Of a stretch of DNA of 64,000 nucleotides, positions 48,716-58,048 are shown in pieces; position 1 is the first letter of the stretch, and each line of letters opens with the position of its first letter. Source of the stretch: an uncultured bacterium (lineage in GTDB: Bacteria; Krumholzibacteriota; Krumholzibacteriia; Krumholzibacteriales; Krumholzibacteriaceae); the NCBI GenBank assembly GCA_963786935.1, contig CAWBAN010000005.1, forward strand, positions 128,001 through 192,000, read 5' to 3'. The notes beneath the pieces are model-generated. The model was given only the letters and a program-made list of their open reading frames with translations, had not been told where the DNA came from and did not search any database. The translations under genes and the position numbers were made by a program.

Positions 48716-49849
48716 ATGACTTCCCCTCTTGAGCCGATGACGGTCAAGCTGCTCGATCTCGTGCCGCAGTACGAGAGCATCAAGGACGAGATCCGCGTCG
48801 CGATCGACGGCGTTCTCTCGACGCAGCAGTTCATTCTCGGGAAAAAGGTCGAGGAGCTCGAGGGAGCGATCGCCGGCTACTGCGGCGCGCGGCACGCCGT
48901 CGGCGTCGCGTCGGGGACGGACGCGATTCTCCTGACGCTCATGGCGCTCGGCGTGAAGGAGGGGGACGAGGTCGTCACGACGCCGTACACCTTCTTCTCG
49001 ACGGTGAGCTCCATCACCCGCCTCGGCGCGAAACCGGCGCTCGTCGACATCGATCCCCGGACGTACAACATCGATCCCGCGGGCGTGGCGAGGCGCATCA
49101 CGCGCGCGACGCGGGCGGTCCTCGTCGTGCATCTGTTCGGTCAGACGGCCGAGATGGATCCGATCGCCGAGGCGGCCGGCCGGTTCGGGATTCCCGTCGT
49201 CGAGGACGCGTGCCAGTCGATCGGCGCGCGCTACAAGGGGCGGCCGGCCGGATCGATGGGCGCGGCGGGCTGCTTTTCGTTCTTTCCCTCGAAGAATCTC
49301 GGCGGTTTCGGCGACGGGGGGATGATCGTGACGAACGACGCGGCGATCGCCGATACGGCGCGGATGCTCAGGGTCCACGGCGGGCGCGAGAAGTATTACC
49401 ACGACGTCGTGGGGATCTGCAGCCGCCTCGACGCCCTGCAGGCCGCCGTGCTCCTCGTGAAGCTGCGGCACGTCGACGCGTGGCACGAGGGGCGCCGGAG
49501 CAACGCGGCCTATTACGATCGCGAGCTGTCGAACATCCCCGGCGTGATCGTTCCCCGCATCGAGGCCCACCACGAGAGCGTCTATAACCAGTACGTGATC
49601 CGGACGAAGGAGCGCGACGCGCTGCGGGAGCATCTCCGGAAGAGCGGCGTCGGGTGCGACGTGTACTATCCCGTTCCGCTCCACCTCCAGAAATGCTTCG
49701 CGTTCCTCGGCGGCAAACCGGGAGATCTGCCCGAGTCCGAGCGGGCGGCGCGCGAGACGCTCGCGCTCCCCGTTTATGCGGAGCTCGCCGCCGCGGAGCG
49801 GGAGTACGTCGTCTCCGTCATCCGGGAGTTCATGGAGCGCCGCGCATGA
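48716..49849 (+). CDS. DegT/DnrJ/EryC1/StrS sugar aminotransferase
   Basis: VASGTDAI, VVEDACQSIG, SFFPSKNLGGFGDGG, SRLDALQAA. Confidence 0.94.
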   Translation: MTSPLEPMTVKLLDLVPQYESIKDEIRVAIDGVLSTQQFILGKKVEELEGAIAGYCGARHAVGVASGTDAILLTLMALGVKEGDEVVTTPYTFFSTVSSITRLGAKPALVDIDPRTYNIDPAGVARRITRATRAVLVVHLFGQTAEMDPIAEAAGRFGIPVVEDACQSIGARYKGRPAGSMGAAGCFSFFPSKNLGGFGDGGMIVTNDAAIADTARMLRVHGGREKYYHDVVGICSRLDALQAAVLLVKLRHVDAWHEGRRSNAAYYDRELSNIPGVIVPRIEAHHESVYNQYVIRTKERDALREHLRKSGVGCDVYYPVPLHLQKCFAFLGGKPGDLPESERAARETLALPVYAELAAAEREYVVSVIREFMERRA

Positions 49850-50985
49850 AGGTCGTCTGCTTCTCCGAGATTCAATGGCGCTACGTGCGGACGCGCAAGC
49901 AGCAGGTGCTCTCGCGCTTTCCGGCGGACTGGGAGATCCTCTTCCTCTCGAGCGTCGTGAAGGGGAAGCCGAACAACCTGCTCCCGATGCGCGACGGCCG
50001 CGTCGTGCACGTGTGCGTGCCGGTTTTCAAGAACGTCCCCCAGCGGTGGCTCCGCGCCCTGCTGGCGTTTCCCCCCGCGCGGTTCGTCTGGAACGCCGTC
50101 CTCCTCCTCTGGGTGAACGCGATCCTGCTGGCCACCGGATTTCGCCGCGGTGAGCGAGCGCTCTACGTCTCGAATATCTACTACGCGGCGATTCTCCCGT
50201 TCATCCGCCGCTCGCTCCTCCTCTACGACTGCAACGACGATCATCTCGCCTTTCCCGACACGCCGCGGTGGGCGCGGGGCTATTTCCTTCGTCTCGCGCG
50301 CTCGGCCGATCTCTCGATCGCGGTGAGCACGCGGCTCGAGGCGATTCTTCGCGAGGCCGGCGCGTCGGACGTGCGGCTCGTGGGGAACGGCGTCGATTAC
50401 GATCTCTTCCGCGCGGCCGCCGAATCGGGCGTTCCGGAGGACATGAAGCGGATTCCCCGCCCCGTCATCGGCTACTCGGGCGCGGTGGCCCCGTGGTTCG
50501 ATTTCGAGCTGCTCGATCTCGTTGCGGAGGCGTTCCCGCGCGCCTCGATCGTCATGGTGGGCCCCGTGTTCGGCCCGCAGGCGGCCGAGCTCGCGGCGAT
50601 CGCATCGCGGCGCGGCAACGTGTTCCACCTCGGCGCGAAGCCGTACGATCGGCTCGGCGCCTACATCGCGGCGATGGACGTCTGCGTCATCCCGCTCAAG
50701 ATGAACGATCTCATGCGCTCCGCCGATCCGAACAAGCTCTACGAGTACGCCGCGTGCGGCAGGCCGATCGTCACGATGAAGCATTCGGAGGATCTCGAGC
50801 CGTTCCGCGGCATGATCCACCTCGCCGAGTCGGCCGCCGAGTTCATCGAGGGGATCAGGATCGCCCTCGCCTCGGGGGCGAATCAGGAGAAGCTCCTCGA
50901 GTTCGCGCGGAAGCGGAGCTGGCAGGCGCGCGCCGACGAGATCGCCGCCCTCGTGCGCGAGGCGATCGCGCGGAGGCGCCGATGA
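49846..50985 (+). CDS. Glycosyltransferase (GT1/GT4, TuaH-like)
   Basis: ATGA-coupled start; RKQQVL, YDCNDD, GNGVD, DPNKLYEYAACGRPIV, SWQARA. Confidence 0.88.
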   Translation: MKVVCFSEIQWRYVRTRKQQVLSRFPADWEILFLSSVVKGKPNNLLPMRDGRVVHVCVPVFKNVPQRWLRALLAFPPARFVWNAVLLLWVNAILLATGFRRGERALYVSNIYYAAILPFIRRSLLLYDCNDDHLAFPDTPRWARGYFLRLARSADLSIAVSTRLEAILREAGASDVRLVGNGVDYDLFRAAAESGVPEDMKRIPRPVIGYSGAVAPWFDFELLDLVAEAFPRASIVMVGPVFGPQAAELAAIASRRGNVFHLGAKPYDRLGAYIAAMDVCVIPLKMNDLMRSADPNKLYEYAACGRPIVTMKHSEDLEPFRGMIHLAESAAEFIEGIRIALASGANQEKLLEFARKRSWQARADEIAALVREAIARRRR

Positions 50986-51041
50986 AGCGTGACGGCGATA
51001 CGGCCGCCGAACGGATCCACAGGTGCCCGAAAGGAGGCCCC

Positions 51042-52259
51042 ATGGCTCGACCGGTCAAGTATCTCGTCCTCGCGCTCGCCGCGCTCGCGCTGCTCGCGGG
51101 GGGGTGCGGGAGACGAGAAGGGACGAACGCCCTCTTCATCCTCGAGGAGCTCGAGACGGCGTCCGCGGTGAAGGACGCCTCCGAGCGGGTCGAGCGTCTC
51201 TCGATATTCATCGGCAATCACCCGGACCATCCGTACCGGTTCGTCGCCTACAACCGGATGATCGAAACGCTCGGCGCGGATTTGAAGGACGAGGCGGCAA
51301 TCGAGAAGCTTCTCGCCGAGGCGCTCGTCGAGGAGAAGGACCCCTCGGCCCGGGGCGAGCTGCTGCTCTCGAAATTCATCCATCTCGTGGAAAAGGATCA
51401 GGCGGCGGGGGCGGCGTTCGCCGATTCCCTGCTGCGGACCGAGCGCTCCCCGCGGCTGTTTCTGTTCATGGGCTACTACCTCATTGATCCGAAGGCCGAT
51501 CCCGAGATCGCCCTGAGGTGCTTCCTCCGCTCCGCCGATCTTTCGACGGGGGCGTACGCGAAGGCGCACGCGAACGCGATGGCGGGAGCGGCGCTCGAGG
51601 AGCGAGGGCTCAAGGAGGACGCGAAGCGGTACCTCGCGATGGCGGTCGGAGATCCCGAGGCGGATATCCTCAGGGGGAAGATCCTCTGGGGCGAGGGGAA
51701 ACGGAGGGAGGCGCTCGACGCGCTCATCTCGGCGGCCGCGCGCATGCCGGGATCGAGAACGCAGACAAAGCTCGACAGCCTGTATGCGCTCGCGAATCCC
51801 GGCGCAAGAGATCTCGACGATTCGATCATGGCGCGCCGAATCGGCGACGAGGGCCCGATGCCGGCGGGCGTGTTCGTCGATCTCGACGGGAGGCCGCACG
51901 ATCTCGCGAAGCTCGGCGGGAAGAAGATGGTGGTCTACGCGTTGAGCCCTACCTGAATGCCCTGCGTTGCGGAGTTTCCGCAACTCGAGCGTCTCTTCGG
52001 GCGCGAGAATGAGCTGGGATTCCGGTTTTTCGGCCTCGAGGTCAAGGGACTGCTCGCGAAGATGCGCGACGTCGTGGGGGACAAGAAGACGACCTTCCCG
52101 ATCCTGCTCGACGACCGCCGGCTCGCGCGCGAGGCGCTGCAGATTCCGGGCACGCCGACGACCTTCATCGTGGATGCGAACGGGCGGATTCGAGCGCGTC
52201 TCATCGGAGCGGCCGAAGACATCGACGAGGTCATCGTGGAGGTGTTGCGGAGGATCTAG
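51042..52259 (+). CDS. Selenocysteine-containing TlpA/redoxin-like lipoprotein (UxxC) with helical/TPR-like N-terminal region
   Basis: AGGAGG RBS, lipobox LAGGC. In-frame TGA at 51954-51956 lies within DLDGRPHDLAKLGGKKMVVYALSPT-U-MPCVAEFPQL, then FPILLD and GTPTTFIVDANGRI. Hairpin immediately 3' of the TGA. Confidence 0.85.
51966..51984 (+). promoter_or_regulatory. Bacterial SECIS-like hairpin
   Basis: GTTGCGGA-GTT-TCCGCAAC, perfect 8-bp stem; the apical loop starts with G, 17 nt after the UGA. Confidence 0.75.
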
Positions 52260-52296
52260 CCGGAGCGTCGGATCGGGAAACATTCGGAACGGCCCC

Positions 52297-52399
52297 AAAA
52301 CAATTCGGGGTTCCCGTCGTGTAGCTGGGCCAAGGTGCTGTGCTGCATGTCCTGACGGGAACCCCTTCTTGTCTCTCCCGGTCTCTTTTCTCCGAGACC
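52297..52399 (-). ncRNA. Candidate small RNA (about 100 nt)
   Basis: Downstream of an orphan promoter; hairpin GGTCTC/GAGACC, 12-bp stem GGGGTTCCCGTC/GACGGGAACCCC, then a U-rich tail; no credible ORF. Confidence 0.45.
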
Positions 52400-52405
52400 A
52401 TTTTG

Positions 52406-52433
52406 AATATAACAGAAAATCATTTTCAGTCAA
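52406..52433 (-). promoter_or_regulatory. sigma70 promoter with Fur-like box in the spacer
   Basis: TTGACT-N16-TATATT with extended -10 TG; TGAAAAT-G-ATTTTCT at 52428-52414. Confidence 0.55.
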
Positions 52434-52568
52434 TAATAATTAGTGTATTTCTGAAGGATTTCATCTATTTCATAACCTTTTATTTTTTAATGAGTTATAA
52501 AATGCTATCGCGGCAGTTCTTGCGTTAATAGGTAGTTCTACCTACAGTCTTCGGGGAGCGTTTCGGCG

Positions 52569-53231
52569 TCAGAATCGGCCCGCGCCCGCCAGGCGGTGGG
52601 CCGCCCTCAGCGGCTCGGGAATCCGGAACCGGTCCGCGCACGCGAGAACGATCGAGACCGCCTTTCTGAGGCTCACGAGGTGCCCGATCGATACGTAGAG
52701 CGGTCTCGTGCGGTCGCGCGTTCTGAGCACCGAGCCGATCCGTTTCCCCGCCGGATCCATGACGGCGGATTCGCTCCCCCGGTTCGGGCCGGGCTCGTCG
52801 AACCTGCCGAAGAGCGGGGACTTCGCGCAGCCGATCGCGGGGATCCCGGTGACGAGCCCGAAGTGGCTCGCGAGCCCGAGGCCCCGGGGATGGGCGACGC
52901 CGTGGCCGTCGCAGAGGACGCAGTCGGGCGCCGCGCGGAGCGCGCGGAGGGCTTCGAGGAGCGGCGGGATCTCCCGGAACGAGAGGAGGCCGGGGACGTA
53001 GGGAAACGCGCAGGGGCCTTCGAACACGCTCCAGTCGACGATATCGAGCGAGGGATACGAGAGGACGGCGATCGCCGCGCGCGCCGAGCCGCGCGACGGG
53101 AAGTGCACGTCCGCCCCCGCGACGAGCCCGATCGCGCGGGCGTCCCACGAGCGCCGCACGAGGGGACGGAGCCTCTTCTGGATCTCGATCCCTTCCGCGG
53201 GAGTGACGTTCCAGCCGTCAGGCGAGCTCAC
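52569..53231 (-). CDS. nfi: Endonuclease V
   Basis: VAGADV, FPYVPGLLSFREIP, DGHGVAHPRGLGLASH, IGCAKS, RIPEPLRAAH. Confidence 0.95.
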   Translation of the reverse strand: MSSPDGWNVTPAEGIEIQKRLRPLVRRSWDARAIGLVAGADVHFPSRGSARAAIAVLSYPSLDIVDWSVFEGPCAFPYVPGLLSFREIPPLLEALRALRAAPDCVLCDGHGVAHPRGLGLASHFGLVTGIPAIGCAKSPLFGRFDEPGPNRGSESAVMDPAGKRIGSVLRTRDRTRPLYVSIGHLVSLRKAVSIVLACADRFRIPEPLRAAHRLAGAGRF

Positions 53232-54615
53232 ACTCCTCCTCCGGGCTCGGGATGTGCGCTGAAAGCCCCCGTTCGGCGAGGAGCGCGGCGAGCTTGCCGG
53301 ACTGGTCCTCCTCGCCGTGAACGATGAAGATCTTTTTCAGGCGGCCGGCGAGCCGCGCGACGTAGTCGAGAAGGTCCTGCTGGTCGGCGTGCGCGCTGAA
53401 CGCGTTCATGACGACGACCTCGGCCCGGAGATCATGCTCCTCCCCGAAGATCCGCACCGTCGGCTCGCGTTCGACGATGCGCCTCCCGAGGGTGTTCCGC
53501 GCCGCGTAGCCCACGATGAGGATCGTGTTGGCGGGATTCGCGATGTTGTTCCGGAGGTGGTGGAGGATGCGCCCCGCCTCGCACATCCCCGACGCCGAGA
53601 TGATGATCATCGGATTCGGATCGCCGTTGAGCTTTTTCGAATCGTTGACGTCGGTGATGTACCTGATCCGCTTCGTGCCGAACGGATCGTCGTTCGCGCG
53701 GATGCGACCGAGCATCTCCTCGTCGAAGCACTCCTCGTGCCGCCTGAACACCGCGGTGATATCGACCGCCAGCGGGCTGTCGACGAATACGGGTATCTCA
53801 GGAATGCGGTTCTGCCTCATGAGCATGCTCAGGAAGTACACGACCTCCTGCGTGCGCTCGAGCGCGAACGAGGGGACGATGATCTTCCCGCCGCGCGCGA
53901 CCGTCCGCGCGACGGTCCGCGCGAGCGCGTCGGACGCCTCGTCGATCGAGGCGTGCCGCCGGCCGCCGTACGTGCTCTCGATGATCAGGTAATCGACGTC
54001 GGGGGGCGTTTGGGGATCGCGGAGAATCGGCACGTTCTTCCTGCCGAGATCGACGGCGTACGCGAGGCGTTTCACCGAGCCGTTCCGGCGCATCTCGAAT
54101 ACCGGCGTCGCGGAGCCGAGCACGTGCCCCGCGTCGTAGAAGGTCGCCGTGACGCCGTCCGCCACCTCGACGGGAACGTGGTAACGGTAGCCGCGGAAAC
54201 GTCCGAGCGATTCCTCGGCGTCCTTCCGGGTGTAGAGGGGGGAGCGGGGCGGAAGCCCCCGTTTGCCCAGGATCTTGTTGACGAATTTGATGTCCTCTTC
54301 CTGGATATGCCCGCTGTCGGGGAGCATCGCGTTGCACAGGTCGCGGGTCGCTTCGGTCGCGTAGATCCTTCCGCGGAAGCCGCGCTTCACGAGGCTCGGA
54401 ATGTTGCCGCTGTGATCGATGTGCGCGTGGGAGAGGACGCAGGCGCGCAGCTCGCGCGGATCGAACGGGAAGCGCGAGTTTCGTTCGAACGATTCGTCGC
54501 GCCTTCCCTGGAACATCCCGCAGTCGATGAGCACCCGCGAACCGTCGAGCTCGAGCATGTGCATGGAGCCCGTGACCGTTTTCGCCCCGCCGAGGAATCG
54601 AAGTCGCGCGCTCAC
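53218..54615 (-). CDS. MBL-fold beta-CASP ribonuclease-like hydrolase
   Basis: AAAGGAGG RBS plus GTG; FLGGAKTVTGS, SHAHIDHSG, AGHVLGS, ESTYG, SASGMCEAGRILHHL, FSAHAD, VHGE. Confidence 0.93.
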   Translation of the reverse strand: MSARLRFLGGAKTVTGSMHMLELDGSRVLIDCGMFQGRRDESFERNSRFPFDPRELRACVLSHAHIDHSGNIPSLVKRGFRGRIYATEATRDLCNAMLPDSGHIQEEDIKFVNKILGKRGLPPRSPLYTRKDAEESLGRFRGYRYHVPVEVADGVTATFYDAGHVLGSATPVFEMRRNGSVKRLAYAVDLGRKNVPILRDPQTPPDVDYLIIESTYGGRRHASIDEASDALARTVARTVARGGKIIVPSFALERTQEVVYFLSMLMRQNRIPEIPVFVDSPLAVDITAVFRRHEECFDEEMLGRIRANDDPFGTKRIRYITDVNDSKKLNGDPNPMIIISASGMCEAGRILHHLRNNIANPANTILIVGYAARNTLGRRIVEREPTVRIFGEEHDLRAEVVVMNAFSAHADQQDLLDYVARLAGRLKKIFIVHGEEDQSGKLAALLAERGLSAHIPSPEEECELA

Positions 54616-54629
54616 CGGCGCCTCCTTTG

Positions 54630-56507
54630 TCAAATGTACGACGCGAGCGTCAGGGACAGGGTCTTGTTCCCGCCGCTCCGGGCGATCTCGATATCGTAGG
54701 CCGTGCCTTCCGCCGCCTCGAAAAGCTCCATGATCGCGCGAAGGCTCTCGAAGCGGCTCGCGTCCGTCCCCGCGATCCGCTCGATGCGGTCCCCGGGCCT
54801 GAATCCGGCCGCCGCCGCCGGCGAATCGGGCATCACCGCGACGACGATGACGCCGCCGTTCTCGCCGCGCGCGAGCTGGAGCCCCGATCGATCCGGGTGG
54901 AACGCTTCGTCGAAGCGCGCGTTTCTCTCGAAGAGCACGCGCTGGTTCCCGTAATCGAGGGTCACCGTGAATCGTTCGAGGATGTCGTTCCCCACGATCC
55001 CGTTCACGTTCTCGAGCACGCCGATCCCCTTCATGCTCGCCGCGATCGCGAGCACGGGCCTCGCGATCGAGAATCCCCCGACGCCCATGGAATCGAACCT
55101 GCACAGGGACGCCGTCTCAGACCCGCCCGCGCCGAGAATCGCCATGGGGATCGTCCGCCTCCCGCGGGCGATGCCGGTCCGTTCGGCGAAGCTCGCGTGG
55201 AGGAGCGAGCTGTTCGCGCCCGTGTCGAGGTAGAAGGTCGCCTTCGCCGTGTCGAGCGTCGCGGCGAGCGTGAAGATGTTGTGGACGAGCGGGGCCTCCA
55301 CGAAGGCCTCGTGGCCGCTCGGCGCGAACGAGTCGGGCTCGGCGAACGTGATGACCGAGCGCTCGAAATCGATCCGCGTCACGAAGCGGCTCAGAAAATC
55401 GTAGCCGAGCACGCCGCCGATCTCGACCTCCTCGAACCTTCGCAGGAGCTTCGCGATGGGGAAGGCGATGGCGGTCTGCTCCGAAAGCTCGATGCCCCCC
55501 ACGACGAGCCCCGGCACCCGCGTCATATGAAAGTCGGCCATACCGCCCGCGCCCGCTCCCGGGATGGCGCCGCCGAAGGGAAGCCCCATGCCGGCCGCGA
55601 GACTCGAGTCGATGACGGTCATGCTCGCGCCCGAATCGAGAAGGAAATAGAGGTCTTCGTCGCGACCGGCGATGCGCGCGGGAAGATAGATGTGACGCGC
55701 GCGATACTCGAAGGGCAGCTCCGCCGACGATCCGCCGCCCGTGAACCGGTAATCCTTCGCGCCGGCCGCCGGAGGGAGGAAGACGACGGGATCGACCGCC
55801 CCGTTCACCGTGATCGACCGGTAGCGCGTCTCGATGCGCTGACCGAGGGCGGTCATTTCAGTATTCACCTGGAACGGCATCTTGACGCCGCCCACGTCGC
55901 GGTAGTCGCCGTACGTTTCGACGGCCCGCCCGTCCCCCGTCTCGATCTCCAGCCGATCGAGGAGAAACGTCGAGTCGTCGAGGAAGAGCCGCGCGGCGGC
56001 GCCACCCTCGACTTCGAGCGCGAGCACGTCGAAGGTCGCTCCGTCGGCCGTGTCGGTTCCCGCCGCCTCGATCGCGAATCCGTTCCCCCCGGAGAGGTAG
56101 TCCCGGCTTTCGAGCAGGCACAAGGTCTTCTGATACTCGAGCGACGCGGAATCGCGCCTGAACTGGATCTTGCCGTTCGGATCGAGCATCCAGAGACGTT
56201 CGCCGTCATATCCCTGTCTGATCTTGAAGAATCCGAGGGCGATTTCGCTGTACGAGAGACAGGGCCGGAGGCTCCATGACCGGACGGCGCCTTTGAGGCC
56301 GGTTCCCATGATCTCGATCTCCGCGTCCGAGGCCACCGAGACGATCGAGCCGATGGCGGCGCGGCCTCCGAGAGCGGCGACGTGCTTCTCGATGAGCGAT
56401 GCCGCTCGCTCTTCGGACGCAAGACCGGCGCGGGGAACGGCGAGCGCGAGCAGCGCGAGGCAAATCGCGGGCGGTGCGAACTGAAACCGGAAGGTCAACC
56501 GGCGCAT
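54630..56507 (-). CDS. Secreted aspartyl protease with two retropepsin-like domains and a C-terminal PDZ domain
   Basis: FLLDSGA...GVLGYDFL and FYLDTGA...GIVGNDIL; VMPDSPAAAAGFRPGDRI PDZ. Confidence 0.85.
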   Translation of the reverse strand: MRRLTFRFQFAPPAICLALLALAVPRAGLASEERAASLIEKHVAALGGRAAIGSIVSVASDAEIEIMGTGLKGAVRSWSLRPCLSYSEIALGFFKIRQGYDGERLWMLDPNGKIQFRRDSASLEYQKTLCLLESRDYLSGGNGFAIEAAGTDTADGATFDVLALEVEGGAAARLFLDDSTFLLDRLEIETGDGRAVETYGDYRDVGGVKMPFQVNTEMTALGQRIETRYRSITVNGAVDPVVFLPPAAGAKDYRFTGGGSSAELPFEYRARHIYLPARIAGRDEDLYFLLDSGASMTVIDSSLAAGMGLPFGGAIPGAGAGGMADFHMTRVPGLVVGGIELSEQTAIAFPIAKLLRRFEEVEIGGVLGYDFLSRFVTRIDFERSVITFAEPDSFAPSGHEAFVEAPLVHNIFTLAATLDTAKATFYLDTGANSSLLHASFAERTGIARGRRTIPMAILGAGGSETASLCRFDSMGVGGFSIARPVLAIAASMKGIGVLENVNGIVGNDILERFTVTLDYGNQRVLFERNARFDEAFHPDRSGLQLARGENGGVIVVAVMPDSPAAAAGFRPGDRIERIAGTDASRFESLRAIMELFEAAEGTAYDIEIARSGGNKTLSLTLASYI

Positions 56508-56691
56508 GACGTCTCCCTCCTCAGTATGCGATACTATAATGCAACATAAGGGGTTATGGAAGCGCTAATTTTAAAAGAGCCGGTTGAAAGCGTCCCCGAA
56601 TCATAGTGTTACTATACTTGTACGGACGGGGTGCGATCCTGCCCGCGCAAGATATCTTTACGACCGTTATCCGACATGCCCCGAGGGGTTG

Positions 56692-57000
56692 ATGAGGACA
56701 AGTACCGCTGTTGTATTCATTGGGCTTGCGAGCGCGCTTCTCTTCGGCGCGAGCGCTTCGCTCATGGCCCGCGATCTCTGTCTCGTGATTTATCCCGAGG
56801 CGCCACCATCGACCCGGTCATATACCAGGCTCCGAAACTTTTCGGTTCTTATCCGAGCACGGACGGCCACGACGCTCACCGCTGACGGCAAGAACTGCTC
56901 AGACGTGATTTCCGTCATGTGCCGCAGCGCATAAAGCCACGACACGATGGTGCCCGTTCAGGAGACGACGTAGAGCCCGATCGAGGAGCTCTCCCAATAG
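56692..57000 (+). pseudogene. Decayed paralog of the family B tail proteins
   Basis: Collinear fragments CLVIYPEAP / IYQAPKLFGSYPSTDG (other frame) / ADGKNCSDVISV / SA*SHDTMVPVQETT*SPIEELSQ* match 57186-57872. Confidence 0.85.
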
Positions 57001-57078
57001 GCTTCGGCGTTCCCTCGCACTTCAGAGAAGGGCATTCTCCAGCTCGGGAAATGCCCGTTTCGGGGCGCCATAAATTCA

Positions 57079-57107
57079 TTGATAATTCTTGCGATACATG
57101 GTATTAT
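57079..57107 (+). promoter_or_regulatory. sigma70 promoter
   Basis: TTGATA-N17-TATTAT with extended -10 TG. Confidence 0.6.
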
Positions 57108-57185
57108 TACTATACACGGTAGGGAGTTATCCTACCCGCGGAAAGTTTCTTTACGACCCGGAACGCACAAGCCCCGGAGGCCTTG

Positions 57186-57872
57186 ATGAACTTGAGTAAA
57201 CTTATTGTAAATATTGGAGTTATGACCATTCTCCTGCTTGTCATGAATGGGGCTTCGCTTGCCGATCCCTGTCTCGTGATCTATCCCGACGCGCCGTGCG
57301 TGTACCATTACGACCGGGCGGAGTATTTCACCGTGCGGCCGGGGGATCCGTTCTACGATCCACTCTACGACCGCGGCGGGAAGGTGCTCGTCGAGATCGG
57401 CACGAACGAGATCGCGTACAACATCTATCAGGCGCCGAGCCTCATGGGCTTCTACCCGAGCACGAGCGGCGAGGACGGCTATTTCGTGGCGACGACCGAG
57501 TTCACCCTGATCATCGACGGATTTTCCAAGCGGCCCACGACCTTTCCGAACATCGTGCTGGTGTTCGACCACGTGACGCCCGATTACTGCGATCCGGGGA
57601 TTTTCATCTGGGGCGAGGAGCTCCCGGGGATGGTGTACCCGGCCGGGGATCTGATCGTCACGACGCCCACCGCGAACGGGAAGAACTACTCCGACGTGAT
57701 CTCCGTCCCGTTCAGATGGCGGGGCTGCTACGGCATGCGCATCTGGGCCTTCTCCGACGAGAACTTCAACGGGGTCCACGACGGCGGCGAGTGTTTCAGC
57801 GCGTACAGCCACGACACGATGGTGCCCGTCGAGGAGAAAACGTGGAGCTCGATCAAGGAGCTCTTCCGGTAG
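57186..57872 (+). CDS. Secreted protein of unknown function, tail family B (copy 1)
   Basis: GGAGG RBS, signal peptide, DPCLVIYP...WAFSDENFNGVHDGGECF; ends VPVEEKTWSSIKELFR. Confidence 0.8.
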   Translation: MNLSKLIVNIGVMTILLLVMNGASLADPCLVIYPDAPCVYHYDRAEYFTVRPGDPFYDPLYDRGGKVLVEIGTNEIAYNIYQAPSLMGFYPSTSGEDGYFVATTEFTLIIDGFSKRPTTFPNIVLVFDHVTPDYCDPGIFIWGEELPGMVYPAGDLIVTTPTANGKNYSDVISVPFRWRGCYGMRIWAFSDENFNGVHDGGECFSAYSHDTMVPVEEKTWSSIKELFR

Positions 57873-57948
57873 GCCGCCGGCGCGTCGCCGAATGACGTTC
57901 ACCTGGTCTTTTCGCCGCGCGAACGGCCGAATCATCGCATAATAATGC

Positions 57949-57978
57949 TTGAATGCGGCCGGCTCATCATGATATAAT
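57949..57978 (+). promoter_or_regulatory. sigma70 promoter
   Basis: TTGAAT-N18-TATAAT with extended -10 TG. Confidence 0.65.
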
Positions 57979-58048
57979 AGCACCCTAAATCCGAAAGCGA
58001 TCCTGGCCTGTGACCGAGGGGAAATCCCTGACAAAACGGAGGGGGATT

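Noticed and set aside
51957..52259. Stand-alone 100-aa thioredoxin ORF
   Set aside because: No RBS, and it starts in the middle of the redox motif. Better explained by Sec read-through.
52307..52365. Long hairpin as SRP RNA
   Set aside because: Lacks the conserved CAGG-x-CC-GNRA-GG-AAGCAG domain IV.
56584..57122. Three short ORFs as small proteins
   Set aside because: They are fragments or alternate frames of the family B pseudogene.
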